A stretch of 20,090 nt of DNA from Candidatus Hermodarchaeota archaeon. Lineage in GTDB: Archaea; Asgardarchaeota; Lokiarchaeia; Sigyniarchaeales; SOKP01. The notes below the pieces were generated by a model that was not told the origin of the DNA, made no database searches, and was given only the letters and a program-made list of their open reading frames with translations. Position 1 is the first letter of the stretch; every line of letters begins with the position of its first letter. The position numbers and the translations under genes were made by a program. The DNA is taken from contig JBHLLO010000056.1 in assembly GCA_048885535.1 (NCBI GenBank), positions 1-20,090 on the forward strand. The letters run 5' to 3'. This document shows, in pieces, positions 8,219-17,734 of the stretch.

Positions 8219-8311
8219 GTGTGAAATAATTAATTTTTGTTTTTTTACCATGCTCAAATTATAAAAATAAGAACCGCAGAGGAAACAATTAGATTTAGAT
8301 AAACTATTATT

Positions 8312-8340
8312 GATTCAGCATTCATTTTGAATCTTTTTTT
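8312..8340 (+). terminator. Possible terminator downstream of polX
   Basis: GATTCA(8312-8317)/TGAATC(8328-8333) stem followed by T7. A further T-rich tract lies near 8234-8246. Confidence 0.3.
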
Positions 8341-8476
8341 AGAAATTATCCTTTAATACTCCTTTTAAATTACTTTTTTTTATACATTTATTATTTTATT
8401 TTTATATGCATAAAATATAAATTAAGTTTATTCAATGTATAACCCAGATATCAATAAAAATGATGGGTGATTTTTA

Positions 8477-9145
8477 ATGGAAAATCTTGAAAATCTTGAA
8501 AGAGTTGCTAAAGAAAATATAAATATAGCAAAAAATGAAATTAAAGTTGCAATTGATTCTAAAAACGTTACAAAATTCGAAGTAAAGAAAGCTAAAGCTA
8601 GAGAAACACTTGCAAAAAAAGAACTTGAATTAACAAAAATCAGAAAAGACTTAGCTGAAGAGACAACAGAATTAATAGAAAGTAAAGTCAAGGCTAAAGA
8701 AATTTTAAATTTATCGGATTCTGGATTGAAACTTGAAAAAGATCAAGCAATATTTAACGAAAAAATAGCTGATATTCAAGAAGAAATCGCAGAAATTCAT
8801 AAAAAAATTGCAAAAGTTGAAAAAGAAATCGCTGAAGAAAATCAAAAATTAATGGATGAAAAAATCGATGTTGGGAAAGAAAGGGAGAAATTAGGCAAAA
8901 AGCAACTAACTTATATCAAATATGTTAGAAGTTCAGCAATAGAAGAAAAAATTATCTCAGCCAAAGAGGATTATCTTTCTCAACAAAAAAAACTCAATAA
9001 AACTGAGAATAAGGTAATTGAAAAGAATGAAGATTTAAAAAAATTACATAATAAATTATCTGATATTAAACGGGAACTTTCTGAAAAACTATCTGAACGG
9101 GAAAAATTAAGACCTTCAATTGAGACTCCTGAAAGTAATCAGTAG
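8477..9145 (+). CDS. Hypothetical all-helical coiled-coil protein (paralog A)
   Basis: 222 aa, K/E/L/I/A-rich with heptad periodicity and no Pro before residue 213. GGTGA RBS 6 nt upstream. Confidence 0.85.
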   Translation: MENLENLERVAKENINIAKNEIKVAIDSKNVTKFEVKKAKARETLAKKELELTKIRKDLAEETTELIESKVKAKEILNLSDSGLKLEKDQAIFNEKIADIQEEIAEIHKKIAKVEKEIAEENQKLMDEKIDVGKEREKLGKKQLTYIKYVRSSAIEEKIISAKEDYLSQQKKLNKTENKVIEKNEDLKKLHNKLSDIKRELSEKLSEREKLRPSIETPESNQ

Positions 9146-9197
9146 GGTCTATTTGGGAATAAATAATTAAATGACTAAAAGGTAAAAGGGAATTTTA

Positions 9198-9839
9198 ATG
9201 GAAAATATTGAAAATCTTGAAAGAATTGCTGAAAAAAATATAGATATCGCTAAAACTGAAAAAGAAATCGCAATGAATTCGAAATTTATGGCAAAATTAG
9301 AATTAAAAAAAGCTAAAGCAAGAGAAGAACTTTCCAAAAAGGGAATTGAATTGGCAAAAATAAAGAAACAACTAGCTAAGCAAACAAGGAATTTAATAAA
9401 AAATAAAATTGCTGACAAGGAACTTTTAGAATATTCTGATTCAGGATTAAACTTAGAAAAGACATACGCAATTTATAATGAAAATTTAGCAATTATACAA
9501 ATAGAATTAGCTGAAATTCATGGAAAAATAGCAAAAATCGAAACTAATATTTCAGAAGCAAACAAAAACCTCATTAGTGAGAGACTATCCATTGCAAAAG
9601 AAAGAGATAAGTTAGGGAAGCAACAATTTGCCTATATTAAGCTCCTTAAAAGTAATATTTCTGAGGAGAAAAAGAATAGAGCAAAAGAAAAAATTATCTC
9701 TCAGCAAAGCAAGTTAAAAAAAATCCAGAATAAAATCAATGAAATGATGGGAGATATAAAAAGTAAACAAAATATGTTATCTGATCTTAAAAAGAATCTC
9801 TCCTTGAAACTATTAGAACGTGAAAAGATAAGACCTTAA
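9198..9839 (+). CDS. Hypothetical all-helical coiled-coil protein (paralog B)
   Basis: 213 aa, aligns without gaps to 8477..9145 (30 of the first 50 residues identical). Shared KKAKARE, SDSGL, AEIH.KIAK, KER.KLGK.Q..YIK and EREK.RP. Confidence 0.85.
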   Translation: MENIENLERIAEKNIDIAKTEKEIAMNSKFMAKLELKKAKAREELSKKGIELAKIKKQLAKQTRNLIKNKIADKELLEYSDSGLNLEKTYAIYNENLAIIQIELAEIHGKIAKIETNISEANKNLISERLSIAKERDKLGKQQFAYIKLLKSNISEEKKNRAKEKIISQQSKLKKIQNKINEMMGDIKSKQNMLSDLKKNLSLKLLEREKIRP

Positions 9840-9925
9840 TTTATTCCTTTTATTTTAAATTGAAACGAGAATTGATTTCGATACAAACCTTCTAAAATTT
9901 TCTAATATTATCTGGGTTGTTAGAA

Positions 9926-10477
9926 ATGATTAGTGAAATATTAAATGGGAAAAATTTAAAATTTGTTAAGATCGTCTTTGGTCTAATTATCTGTATCTTA
10001 TCTTTCTTAGTACTGATATTTTCTGTTGCTTCAGTCGTCATACTTTTAATCATTCTGTCGCTAACGTTATTAGCTTTAGGTTTAGCTCAAATTCTAAAAG
10101 TAGTTGCTTCCAAGGATTTAGAAAGAGAAAATGTTATTTTTAAATATATTACAGGGATAGGAGCAATAGTTATTTCATTGATTATACTTGTTAGTATAAT
10201 TGTTAATCCTTCGGGTTCAATAATTATTGCCACTACTCTCTTTGGTATAGTTATAATAACAATTGGATTCATTATAATCTATCTTGGAATAAAGATAAAA
10301 GATGAAAAAACAACTTATTGGATATTTCTACTAATAGTTGGAATGTTGATCTTTATATTTGGAGTTTTAATCATAGCATTACCTACTTTTGGATTTACAA
10401 TTCTAGTGATACTTATATCTCTTTCTTTAATGCTTTATGGAATTGTTCATTTGATTTCTGGTATTCAGACAAAATAA
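9926..10477 (+). CDS. DUF308 / HdeD-like membrane protein
   Basis: About 6 TM helices with the repeated G..i.ilG/i...p...LL..G pattern. ATG at 9926 preferred over TTG at 9917. Confidence 0.7.
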   Translation: MISEILNGKNLKFVKIVFGLIICILSFLVLIFSVASVVILLIILSLTLLALGLAQILKVVASKDLERENVIFKYITGIGAIVISLIILVSIIVNPSGSIIIATTLFGIVIITIGFIIIYLGIKIKDEKTTYWIFLLIVGMLIFIFGVLIIALPTFGFTILVILISLSLMLYGIVHLISGIQTK

Positions 10478-10482
10478 TAAAA

Positions 10483-11619
10483 TTATAACCACTTCTTTTT
10501 TTTGAAAAAGTATAGCATTAAAATCCCTATAAATATCATTAAAACGATTAACAAAGGATATGCAAATGGATTTGATAATTCAGGCATAAATAAGAAATTC
10601 ATTCCATAAAAGCCAGCTAAAAATGATAATGGCATAAAGATTGTAGAGATGATTGTTAAAACTTTCATTATTTCATTCATTCTATTGCTAACACTTGAAA
10701 GATACATATCTAACATTCCGAATATAATATCGCGATAACCCTCCAAAAGATCATTAATTTTGTAAATATGATCATAAAGATCTCGTAAATATATTTGCAA
10801 ACCTTCATTAATTAGCTTACTTGGCTCTCTTTGTAACATATTTACTAATTCTCGCAAAGGCCAAACAGTTTTCCTTAAATCAATCATAGATCTTTTAAGT
10901 TTATATATTGCTTGGAGAGTTTCAGGTAAAGGATTAGAAATTAATTCATCTTCAATATGCTCAATTTTTTCACTTGTAATTTCTAAAATTATAAAATAGT
11001 TATCTATAATGATGTCAATTAAGGTGTAAAATAAATAATCTGCTCCCATATATCGAACTCTACCTCTAGGAACACGAACTCGTTCAATTATAGGATTAAA
11101 TGTATCAGTTTCTCGCTCTTCCAGCGAAATTACGTAATTAGGACCTAATATTAAACTTACTTGTTCTCGTTCAAACATTTCACCTTCAGTATTCCAAAAT
11201 ATCCTTTCAAGAATAGTAAAGATATAATCTCCATAAACTTCAAATTTAGGTCTTTGATTTGGGTTTAATATATCTTCTAGAACAAGAGGATGTATCTCAA
11301 ATTGATTTCCTATTCCCTCAATGATATCCACTTGAGCCAACCCGGTAATTTTAATCCACCTTACTTTATTCTTTTCAATTTGGCTAAAATCTTCCTCCAG
11401 ATTATCAAATTCTTTAAAATTGAAACTCTCTTCATCATAATCGATCACTTTTATTTTAGTATCAATTTTTTTTTTATCGCCTGTATATACTAAAGTGCCA
11501 GGTGGATACCCCACTTTTTCTTTCTTCTTTATACGTGCTATTCTTCTGTAGATAGATGGTATTTTCAGATCACCATTATAAATTATAAAAATATGATATA
11601 TATGTAAATCAGAATTCAA
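10483..11619 (-). CDS. corA: Magnesium/cobalt transporter CorA
   Basis: GYPPGTLVYTG, IHPLVLEDI...QRPKFE, GADYL, YLRDLYDH, MNEIMKVLTI and YGMNF signature, ending KKKWL. Start uncertain, probably near 11560-11568. Confidence 0.96.
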   Translation of the reverse strand: MNSDLHIYHIFIIYNGDLKIPSIYRRIARIKKKEKVGYPPGTLVYTGDKKKIDTKIKVIDYDEESFNFKEFDNLEEDFSQIEKNKVRWIKITGLAQVDIIEGIGNQFEIHPLVLEDILNPNQRPKFEVYGDYIFTILERIFWNTEGEMFEREQVSLILGPNYVISLEERETDTFNPIIERVRVPRGRVRYMGADYLFYTLIDIIIDNYFIILEITSEKIEHIEDELISNPLPETLQAIYKLKRSMIDLRKTVWPLRELVNMLQREPSKLINEGLQIYLRDLYDHIYKINDLLEGYRDIIFGMLDMYLSSVSNRMNEIMKVLTIISTIFMPLSFLAGFYGMNFLFMPELSNPFAYPLLIVLMIFIGILMLYFFKKKKWL

Positions 11620-11679
11620 GATAATAATATCTTGTGATTATTTGATAGTAGAGAATATTTCTATAATTTATGGAAAATA

Positions 11680-11687
11680 TTTATATT
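11680..11687 (+). promoter_or_regulatory. Possible archaeal BRE/TATA for the mscS pair
   Basis: ggaaaata-TTTATATT about 50 nt upstream of ATG 11738. Weak evidence in AT-rich DNA. Confidence 0.3.
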
Positions 11688-11737
11688 AGGATAGAAATAC
11701 TTAAACCTAAGATTTATTTCGGAGATTATTTTTCAAC

Positions 11738-12664
11738 ATGAAAAGAATTTATAAAATTATTATCTGGTTAGCTAGTATTGGAGTTTTCTTATGGCTTTAT
11801 TTTGGGATAATAAGGAATTACTTAGAGTTTCTTGTAGGTTATGAATTATTGATAAATTTACTTATCTTAAATGTAATTGCCTACTTCCTAAGGTCTCTTT
11901 TCATTAATTTAACGCATGCTTTTATCAAAAAGCTATTTGCTCGCTATATAATCAAAATAATACTAAATATAACGTGGTTAATATTTCCATTTTGGTTAAT
12001 TTTTATCATTTCACCAATTTATTTTGTAGCAATTATATCTTTTTTAGTGGTAGCTATATCATTAACATTTCAAAGTATCATTAACAATATCATTTCAGGC
12101 ATCATGCTTTTATCATCAGAAGGTTTTGAAGCAGGAGATTTAATTGAAACGAATGGAGTTGAAGGAATTGTTAAAGATATCACACTAAACTATGTTAAAT
12201 TGGAGGATTTTGATGGCTCATTAACCTATATACCAAACAAGACTGCTTTTAATTCATCTATAGTTCGTTATACTCACAAACCAACTAAAGAAGGAATTAA
12301 ATTCAGTATTACAGATGTCATTAAGACAATAAGTAAAATTTTAGTTAAAGAGGAGAAAATCACACGTTATAGAAAAGTAGTTGAACTTCTAATTTCGGTG
12401 GATGTAGAAAAACTAGATGAATTACTCAAGCCTGTATTTGAAAAGTATGAAGTAATATTTGGTATAAAACCATATTTCTATGCTAATAACACTGTTATGG
12501 GAGTAACAAGTAGATTAAGTATCACTATACAAATTTTATCAAAGGATCCAAAATTAATCTTAACATATACAGACCCATTAATGAAAGACATTCTTTTTAA
12601 AATCTATGATAAAGAAATAAATTATCAATGGAATTCTAGTAATAAAACTGTGGAGGTAGACTAA
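11738..12664 (+). CDS. MscS-family mechanosensitive channel protein (paralog 1)
   Basis: N-terminal TM segments, then SLTFQSIINNIISGIMLL..GFEAGDLIETNGVEGIVKDITLNYVKLEDFDGSLTYIPN, the typical TM3b/beta domain. Confidence 0.88.
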   Translation: MKRIYKIIIWLASIGVFLWLYFGIIRNYLEFLVGYELLINLLILNVIAYFLRSLFINLTHAFIKKLFARYIIKIILNITWLIFPFWLIFIISPIYFVAIISFLVVAISLTFQSIINNIISGIMLLSSEGFEAGDLIETNGVEGIVKDITLNYVKLEDFDGSLTYIPNKTAFNSSIVRYTHKPTKEGIKFSITDVIKTISKILVKEEKITRYRKVVELLISVDVEKLDELLKPVFEKYEVIFGIKPYFYANNTVMGVTSRLSITIQILSKDPKLILTYTDPLMKDILFKIYDKEINYQWNSSNKTVEVD

Positions 12665-12666
12665 AT

Positions 12667-13575
12667 TTGGCAATTTTTAGTACTGATTTGGAAGCATTAA
12701 TCTATTTCATAGTCATTGTAGTAGTCCTTTATCTTTTTAATAAGCTGATTTCTTCAACAGTAGGTAAAAGTAAAAAAATTCCTCTTAAACAAAAAATAAT
12801 TATCAATTTTGGTTTTAAGATTGTAATGGCATTCATTATTGTTTATTTCATTATTGAAGGTTTCCCAGTTATTTCATTAATTCATCCTACATATACCGCA
12901 ATAATTACAGGCGCAATAAGCACAGGTATAGCTTTCGCATCTAGTGGGATATTTACAAATTTTATATCAGGAATAGTAATAATGTTAGTTAGACCCTTTG
13001 AAGTTGATGATTTAATAAAAATAGAAGGAGATAAAGGAATTGTTCGAGCAATTAATTTAACTAAAATAAAAATAGAAAATTTTGATAATATTATAATTGA
13101 AAAATCTAACGCTCAAGTTCTTTCTTCAAAGGTGATAAATTACACAGTGAAACTAGGAAAAAAGAAATCCTTCGAACTTTTTAAGAATAAGATCCTAGCG
13201 CCCCAGGATAAAGGTTTCAAGGATCTTTTTGGGGGTACTCCCGAATCAAAAAAAAAGTTTGTAAATAACCTAAAACAAGCCTATGAATCCTTTTCGGGTA
13301 AACATTATCCAAAACTTTATAATTTTACCTTTAGAATGGCTTTCCCTTATAAAGGATTTAAAATTATGATGAACAAAGTCGAAGACTTATGTAACTTATA
13401 TACTGAAAAAGGTATCTTTAGGATAAAACCCCAATTTGATATTATCTCTTTTAATATAAATATAATTGTCAAATTTAGGTTAATGACATTCAATGCAAAA
13501 AAAATTTTCGATTTTCAACCTAAATTTGCTCAAGAAGTCTATAAAATTTTACGAGATAATTATTTAGGAATCTAG
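12667..13575 (+). CDS. MscS-family mechanosensitive channel protein (paralog 2)
   Basis: IAFASSGIFTNFISGIVIMLVRPFEVDDLIKIEGDKGIVRAINL...FDN....SN. TTG start with GGAGGT upstream. Confidence 0.88.
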   Translation: MAIFSTDLEALIYFIVIVVVLYLFNKLISSTVGKSKKIPLKQKIIINFGFKIVMAFIIVYFIIEGFPVISLIHPTYTAIITGAISTGIAFASSGIFTNFISGIVIMLVRPFEVDDLIKIEGDKGIVRAINLTKIKIENFDNIIIEKSNAQVLSSKVINYTVKLGKKKSFELFKNKILAPQDKGFKDLFGGTPESKKKFVNNLKQAYESFSGKHYPKLYNFTFRMAFPYKGFKIMMNKVEDLCNLYTEKGIFRIKPQFDIISFNINIIVKFRLMTFNAKKIFDFQPKFAQEVYKILRDNYLGI

Positions 13576-13597
13576 AAAGGCTAATTGATTATCTTAA

Positions 13598-13726
13598 ATG
13601 TATCACTTGAAAAAAGGTACAGTGGTTGTAAAAGGGAGAGAAGCTGAGGAAGAACAAGAAAAATTACTCGAGTTAATACATCAAAAGCCTAAAAACTTAA
13701 ATAATATTAAAAAGTTTAAAATCTAA
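13598..13726 (+). pseudogene. 42-codon ORF, possible gene remnant (resembles the C-terminal half of acylphosphatase)
   Basis: Hand translation: MYHLKKGTVVVKGREAEEEQEKLLELIHQKPKNLNNIKKFKI. Similarity judged by eye only. Confidence 0.25.
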
Positions 13727-13789
13727 TTTCTTTTTCAAACATTATAAATTTGATACCACATTTAAAATCAAATATTATATGGTGTTTTA

Positions 13790-14326
13790 ATGCGTGAAAA
13801 TTATTTAATCACACTTAATATCATTTTTGGATTAATTATAATAATTTTATCCACAATTGTCATTTCTATTCAGAATATGGATTTGTCAATAACCATTTTT
13901 CTTTTAACAATGGGAATTTTATTAATTGGGATAATTCGGTTATTTAATTCAATTTTAGACAAAAAAGTTAATAGAACTGGGATTATAACAAAATTCTTAA
14001 GCGGAATGGTGGCAATCATCCTAAGTATAACGATTTTTGTCTTTCTTTTAAATCCAATGTTATACGTTTTTCTACTAATCGATTTATTTGGAGTGGTTAT
14101 TTTAGTCATTGGGGTATCAAGGATTCTTGTAGGAGTTTTAACAAGAAAATATACTAAGAATTTTCGTATTCTTACAATTTTGATTGGTTTAATTAGTATT
14201 ACTTTTTCAGTTATAATATTTAGCTCTCACACTTTTAGTATTCGTTTTCTGTTACTATTAATTTCATTTGCGATATTAATTAATGGATTCGCTAGAGTTA
14301 TGCAAAGTATAGTTAATTTTAGATAA
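13790..14326 (+). CDS. DUF308 / HdeD-like membrane protein (second copy)
   Basis: 178 aa, about 6 TM helices, motifs IIFGLIIIILS, LLIGIIRL, ILVIGVSRI, LINGFARV. Resembles 9926..10477. Confidence 0.72.
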   Translation: MRENYLITLNIIFGLIIIILSTIVISIQNMDLSITIFLLTMGILLIGIIRLFNSILDKKVNRTGIITKFLSGMVAIILSITIFVFLLNPMLYVFLLIDLFGVVILVIGVSRILVGVLTRKYTKNFRILTILIGLISITFSVIIFSSHTFSIRFLLLLISFAILINGFARVMQSIVNFR

Positions 14327-14337
14327 TAATTCTTCTT

Positions 14338-14709
14338 TCAGTCTCCTGTAGGTTTAATTGTGCTTTTTTCGATCAATAAAACAGACGTGCGAGAAGGAGC
14401 TCTTGTTCGATGCTTTACGCCCTTAGGAACTACAAATCCTTGTTTCGCTTCTAATGTAAATGTCTTATCTTCTAAATCTATCAGAAGAAATCCTTCGATT
14501 ACGAAAAAAAATTCGTCCTCCTTATCGTGTTTATGCCAATGAAACTCACCTTCAATAACAGCAAGCCTAACAACAGAATTATTAACGTTACAAAGAGATA
14601 TATTTTGCCACTTCTTGGTACTTTCGGTTATTAATTCATTGATGTCAATAATTTCTAAGGGTTTAAACATTACCTCAAGATCAATCGAATATTTGTTGTA
14701 ATCTCTCAT
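14338..14709 (-). CDS. Cupin domain protein
   Basis: GEFHWHKHDKEDEFFFVIEG and FVVPKGVKHRT cupin motifs. ATG at 14709 preferred over TTG at 14730. Confidence 0.9.
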   Translation of the reverse strand: MRDYNKYSIDLEVMFKPLEIIDINELITESTKKWQNISLCNVNNSVVRLAVIEGEFHWHKHDKEDEFFFVIEGFLLIDLEDKTFTLEAKQGFVVPKGVKHRTRAPSRTSVLLIEKSTIKPTGD

Positions 14710-14824
14710 TTTTAGTCTTCCTAAGTTCAAAATTAATTTATTTCAATTTTTTAATTCTTGAAAAGATACACCTAAATATCAAAATTTCCCCATATTTTTA
14801 AGGGTATTATGATTTTGATAAATT

Positions 14825-15826
14825 ATGGCAGAAAATGGGAAACAAGCCCACAATTTTCCCTCAAATAATCATATATCCAATAATTTCTACCCTAATAGAA
14901 ACATTGGGGTGTTATTTTCATTTATCTCTCTTTTTTTTCTCGGAATATTACCAATTATATCGAAAAGTCGACCATCAGCATTAGATGCATTGAGCTTCGC
15001 ATTTTACCTTTCTTTATGGGAACTAATATGTACAATACCTTTATTCATTTATGAACTGACTAAGAATAATAAGGGAATATTTCAAAAGTCAATAGATTCT
15101 AAAGTTCGAAAAAAAACTCTTGGAATTATGGTAATAACAGGCGTGATTTTTACTTTTTCAACATTTTTTTATGTTTATGCCTTTGAGACTGCTGGTACCG
15201 TAAGTGCTGCAATTGCTATTCAAACTTATCCATTATTTTCAATTCTTATGGAATTTATTTTATATAGGAAGAGGAAGCGATTAGTTGAGCTTATTTTTAC
15301 TCTTACAATGATAGTAGGAATATATTATCTTGGCACAGAGGGCACATGGGTCATTACTGGTTTTTCTCCTTGGTTTGCATTAGCCTTAATTGTGCCATTT
15401 TTATGGAGTATTGCTCATGTTTCTATAAAGAACACAATTGATACTTCCCCAATTACTCCAAACCAAGTTACTTTTTTCCGTGTATTTATATCATCAATAC
15501 TTCTTTTTGGAATTTCCTCCTCATTTAGAGGTACTAATAAAATTTTAGAAGGATTATTGAATCCTGAATTTCAAATATTTGGCTTCCTTATGGGATTTGT
15601 TTATTATCTAGAACTAGTAAATTGGTTCTATGCTGTGAAACATGTAGATGTATCCTTGGCAAGTACAGTTACTACACCTAACCCTGTAATTACCATGGTG
15701 CTTGCTTTACTCATTCTAAAAGAACCCATTGAACTATATCAAATTATTGCGATGATTATCGTGTTTGCGAGTCTATATGGTTTACTATGGTCAGGTAAAG
15801 TAAAAAATCATAAAAAATCAGCTTAG
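14825..15826 (+). CDS. DMT/EamA family transporter
   Basis: About 10 TM helices in two repeats: AFETAGTVSAAIAIQTYPLF and AVKHVDVSLASTVTTPNPVITMVLALLILKE. Confidence 0.88.
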   Translation: MAENGKQAHNFPSNNHISNNFYPNRNIGVLFSFISLFFLGILPIISKSRPSALDALSFAFYLSLWELICTIPLFIYELTKNNKGIFQKSIDSKVRKKTLGIMVITGVIFTFSTFFYVYAFETAGTVSAAIAIQTYPLFSILMEFILYRKRKRLVELIFTLTMIVGIYYLGTEGTWVITGFSPWFALALIVPFLWSIAHVSIKNTIDTSPITPNQVTFFRVFISSILLFGISSSFRGTNKILEGLLNPEFQIFGFLMGFVYYLELVNWFYAVKHVDVSLASTVTTPNPVITMVLALLILKEPIELYQIIAMIIVFASLYGLLWSGKVKNHKKSA

Positions 15827-15936
15827 CCATAAATTTTATCAAGTTTAGTTATTTCCACTAATCTTTTATGAATTAATTCATTAAATTAACGCATAGTAGC
15901 AGATTTTTTGGAATACACATCAAATTCTTAAAGTAT

Positions 15937-17715
15937 ATGAGTCTAGAAAGTAAAAACTATAAAAATTATTTGAGGTGGCTTTTACACCACCTTTTAAAGC
16001 AAAAATACCTGCTTATTTTTGTAATAATAGGGATTGTTCTAGTGACATTTACGAGAACATTGATCCCTCTAATATTAGGAAATATAATAGATAAGATTCC
16101 AATGATTAGCGAAATTTCAGAGATTTTACCATTAATTTTCATAGCCTTCTATGTTTATATAACAAATATTGCCTTAGATTATGGATCTATGATGGCTGGT
16201 CATTTTTTGGGTTTAAAAACAGAAAAAAATATGCGGACAGAATTTTTTGATATTATTCAATCCAAATCGTTAAAATTTCATGACAGTGCGAGAACTGGAG
16301 ACTTACAAGCTCTCGCTACGTATGATTTAAGAATTGTAAACACTATGGTCTCCCATGGCGCTTTTTATATATATCCATTCATTCAAGTGTCTATAACCTT
16401 GATTGTTTTATTCAATATACTTGATATAAGACTCGCTTTACTCTTTATTCCCTTCCTTATATTCTATTGTTATTTCATTTTACACTATAGAAAGAAACTT
16501 GTTCCATTTGTAAGAGCACGTATGGAAAAGCACTCTAATATCGCCATAACTCTTCAAGACAATATAAGTGGTTCAAAAGTGATTAAAATCTTTACAAAAG
16601 AAAAATTAGAAAGAAGAAGATTCCTTTCAGCTGTTCAAGCATTTAGAGATAATTGGATCGGAGAAAATGATATACAATCGAAATATTATCCACTTTTAAT
16701 TCTTTATCTTGCTATTAGTATCTTATTTTTAATAAGCTGCTTTTTTGTTTATTTTAACACACTCACGATTGGTGAATTGGTTGCTGTTAATTTACTTTTA
16801 ATCACATTGATTGATCCAACTAATTTGATTTTTTGGGCTACAAATGATATGACCAGCGGTTTTGCAGCTTGCTCTCGCGTTTTTAATGCTCTCTCAAAGG
16901 GTGAGAGTGAGCTTGTTAGTCTTCATGAGAAGGATACTTCAAAGAAATTTAAAGGGAAAATAGAATTTAAGAATGTATCTTTTTCTTACGAGGATGAGAA
17001 TAATAAAAGTACACCTGTTTTTAGGAACCTAAATTTTATTATTAATCCTCAGCAAAAAGTTGCATTGGTTGGGCCCACTGGTTGCGGTAAAACTACTCTT
17101 GCCAAAATAATTTTATCCCTATATGAACCACAGAATGGAACGATCTACATAGATGATATAAACATAAATAATTATCCTCTTGAACAATTAAGGAGGAGGA
17201 TTGGATATATAGAACAAGACATCTACTTATTTCCAAGATCTATTAAAGAAAACATCTCATTTGGTAAACCCGATGCCTCTGATGAAGAAATTATGGAAGC
17301 CGCAAGATTAGCACAAGTTGATGATTTTGCTAAAAATTTTCCTGATGGTTATGATACAATAGTAGGTGAACGTGGAACTAGGCTCTCTGGGGGAGAACGT
17401 CAACGTATCGCAATTGCTCGTGCATTATTAACTAATCCTGATATAATTATTCTTGATGATTCTGTTTCTGCCGTTGATAGTGAAACAGAGGAAAAAATAG
17501 GGAGAGCTATTGAAAATGTCTTAAAGAAAAGGACAACAATAATGATTACTCATCGTTTAAATACGATTAGGGCTTCAGATAAAATTCTTGTACTTAAAGA
17601 GGGAAAAATTGTAGCAGAAGGGAACCACCAAGAATTATTAGAAAGATCAGAAGATTATAGAAGGATATTTGGAAAAGTAATTCCATTACCTGATATCAAA
17701 ATCAAAAATCGATGA
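15937..17715 (+). CDS. ABC exporter half-transporter (TMD+NBD), heterodimer subunit 1
   Basis: FHD...TGDL, GPTGCGKTT, LSGGERQRIAIARA, degenerate Walker B ILDDSVSAVD, THRL. Confidence 0.93.
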   Translation: MSLESKNYKNYLRWLLHHLLKQKYLLIFVIIGIVLVTFTRTLIPLILGNIIDKIPMISEISEILPLIFIAFYVYITNIALDYGSMMAGHFLGLKTEKNMRTEFFDIIQSKSLKFHDSARTGDLQALATYDLRIVNTMVSHGAFYIYPFIQVSITLIVLFNILDIRLALLFIPFLIFYCYFILHYRKKLVPFVRARMEKHSNIAITLQDNISGSKVIKIFTKEKLERRRFLSAVQAFRDNWIGENDIQSKYYPLLILYLAISILFLISCFFVYFNTLTIGELVAVNLLLITLIDPTNLIFWATNDMTSGFAACSRVFNALSKGESELVSLHEKDTSKKFKGKIEFKNVSFSYEDENNKSTPVFRNLNFIINPQQKVALVGPTGCGKTTLAKIILSLYEPQNGTIYIDDININNYPLEQLRRRIGYIEQDIYLFPRSIKENISFGKPDASDEEIMEAARLAQVDDFAKNFPDGYDTIVGERGTRLSGGERQRIAIARALLTNPDIIILDDSVSAVDSETEEKIGRAIENVLKKRTTIMITHRLNTIRASDKILVLKEGKIVAEGNHQELLERSEDYRRIFGKVIPLPDIKIKNR

Positions 17716-17734
17716 GAAGAGGGAAAAAAAAGAT

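Noticed and set aside
8480-8500. GAAAATCTT tandem repeat at the start of paralog A
   Set aside because: Only about two units, encoding ENLENLE. Not a CRISPR array or VNTR.
8428-9418. Two similar antisense ORFs (8428-8691, 9167-9418)
   Set aside because: Their similarity simply mirrors the duplicated sense-strand genes.
961-17715. TGA stops (963, 3670, 17715) as possible selenocysteine codons
   Set aside because: The proteins are complete at these stops, 963 is followed at once by TAA, and I recognised no redox-motif context or SECIS.
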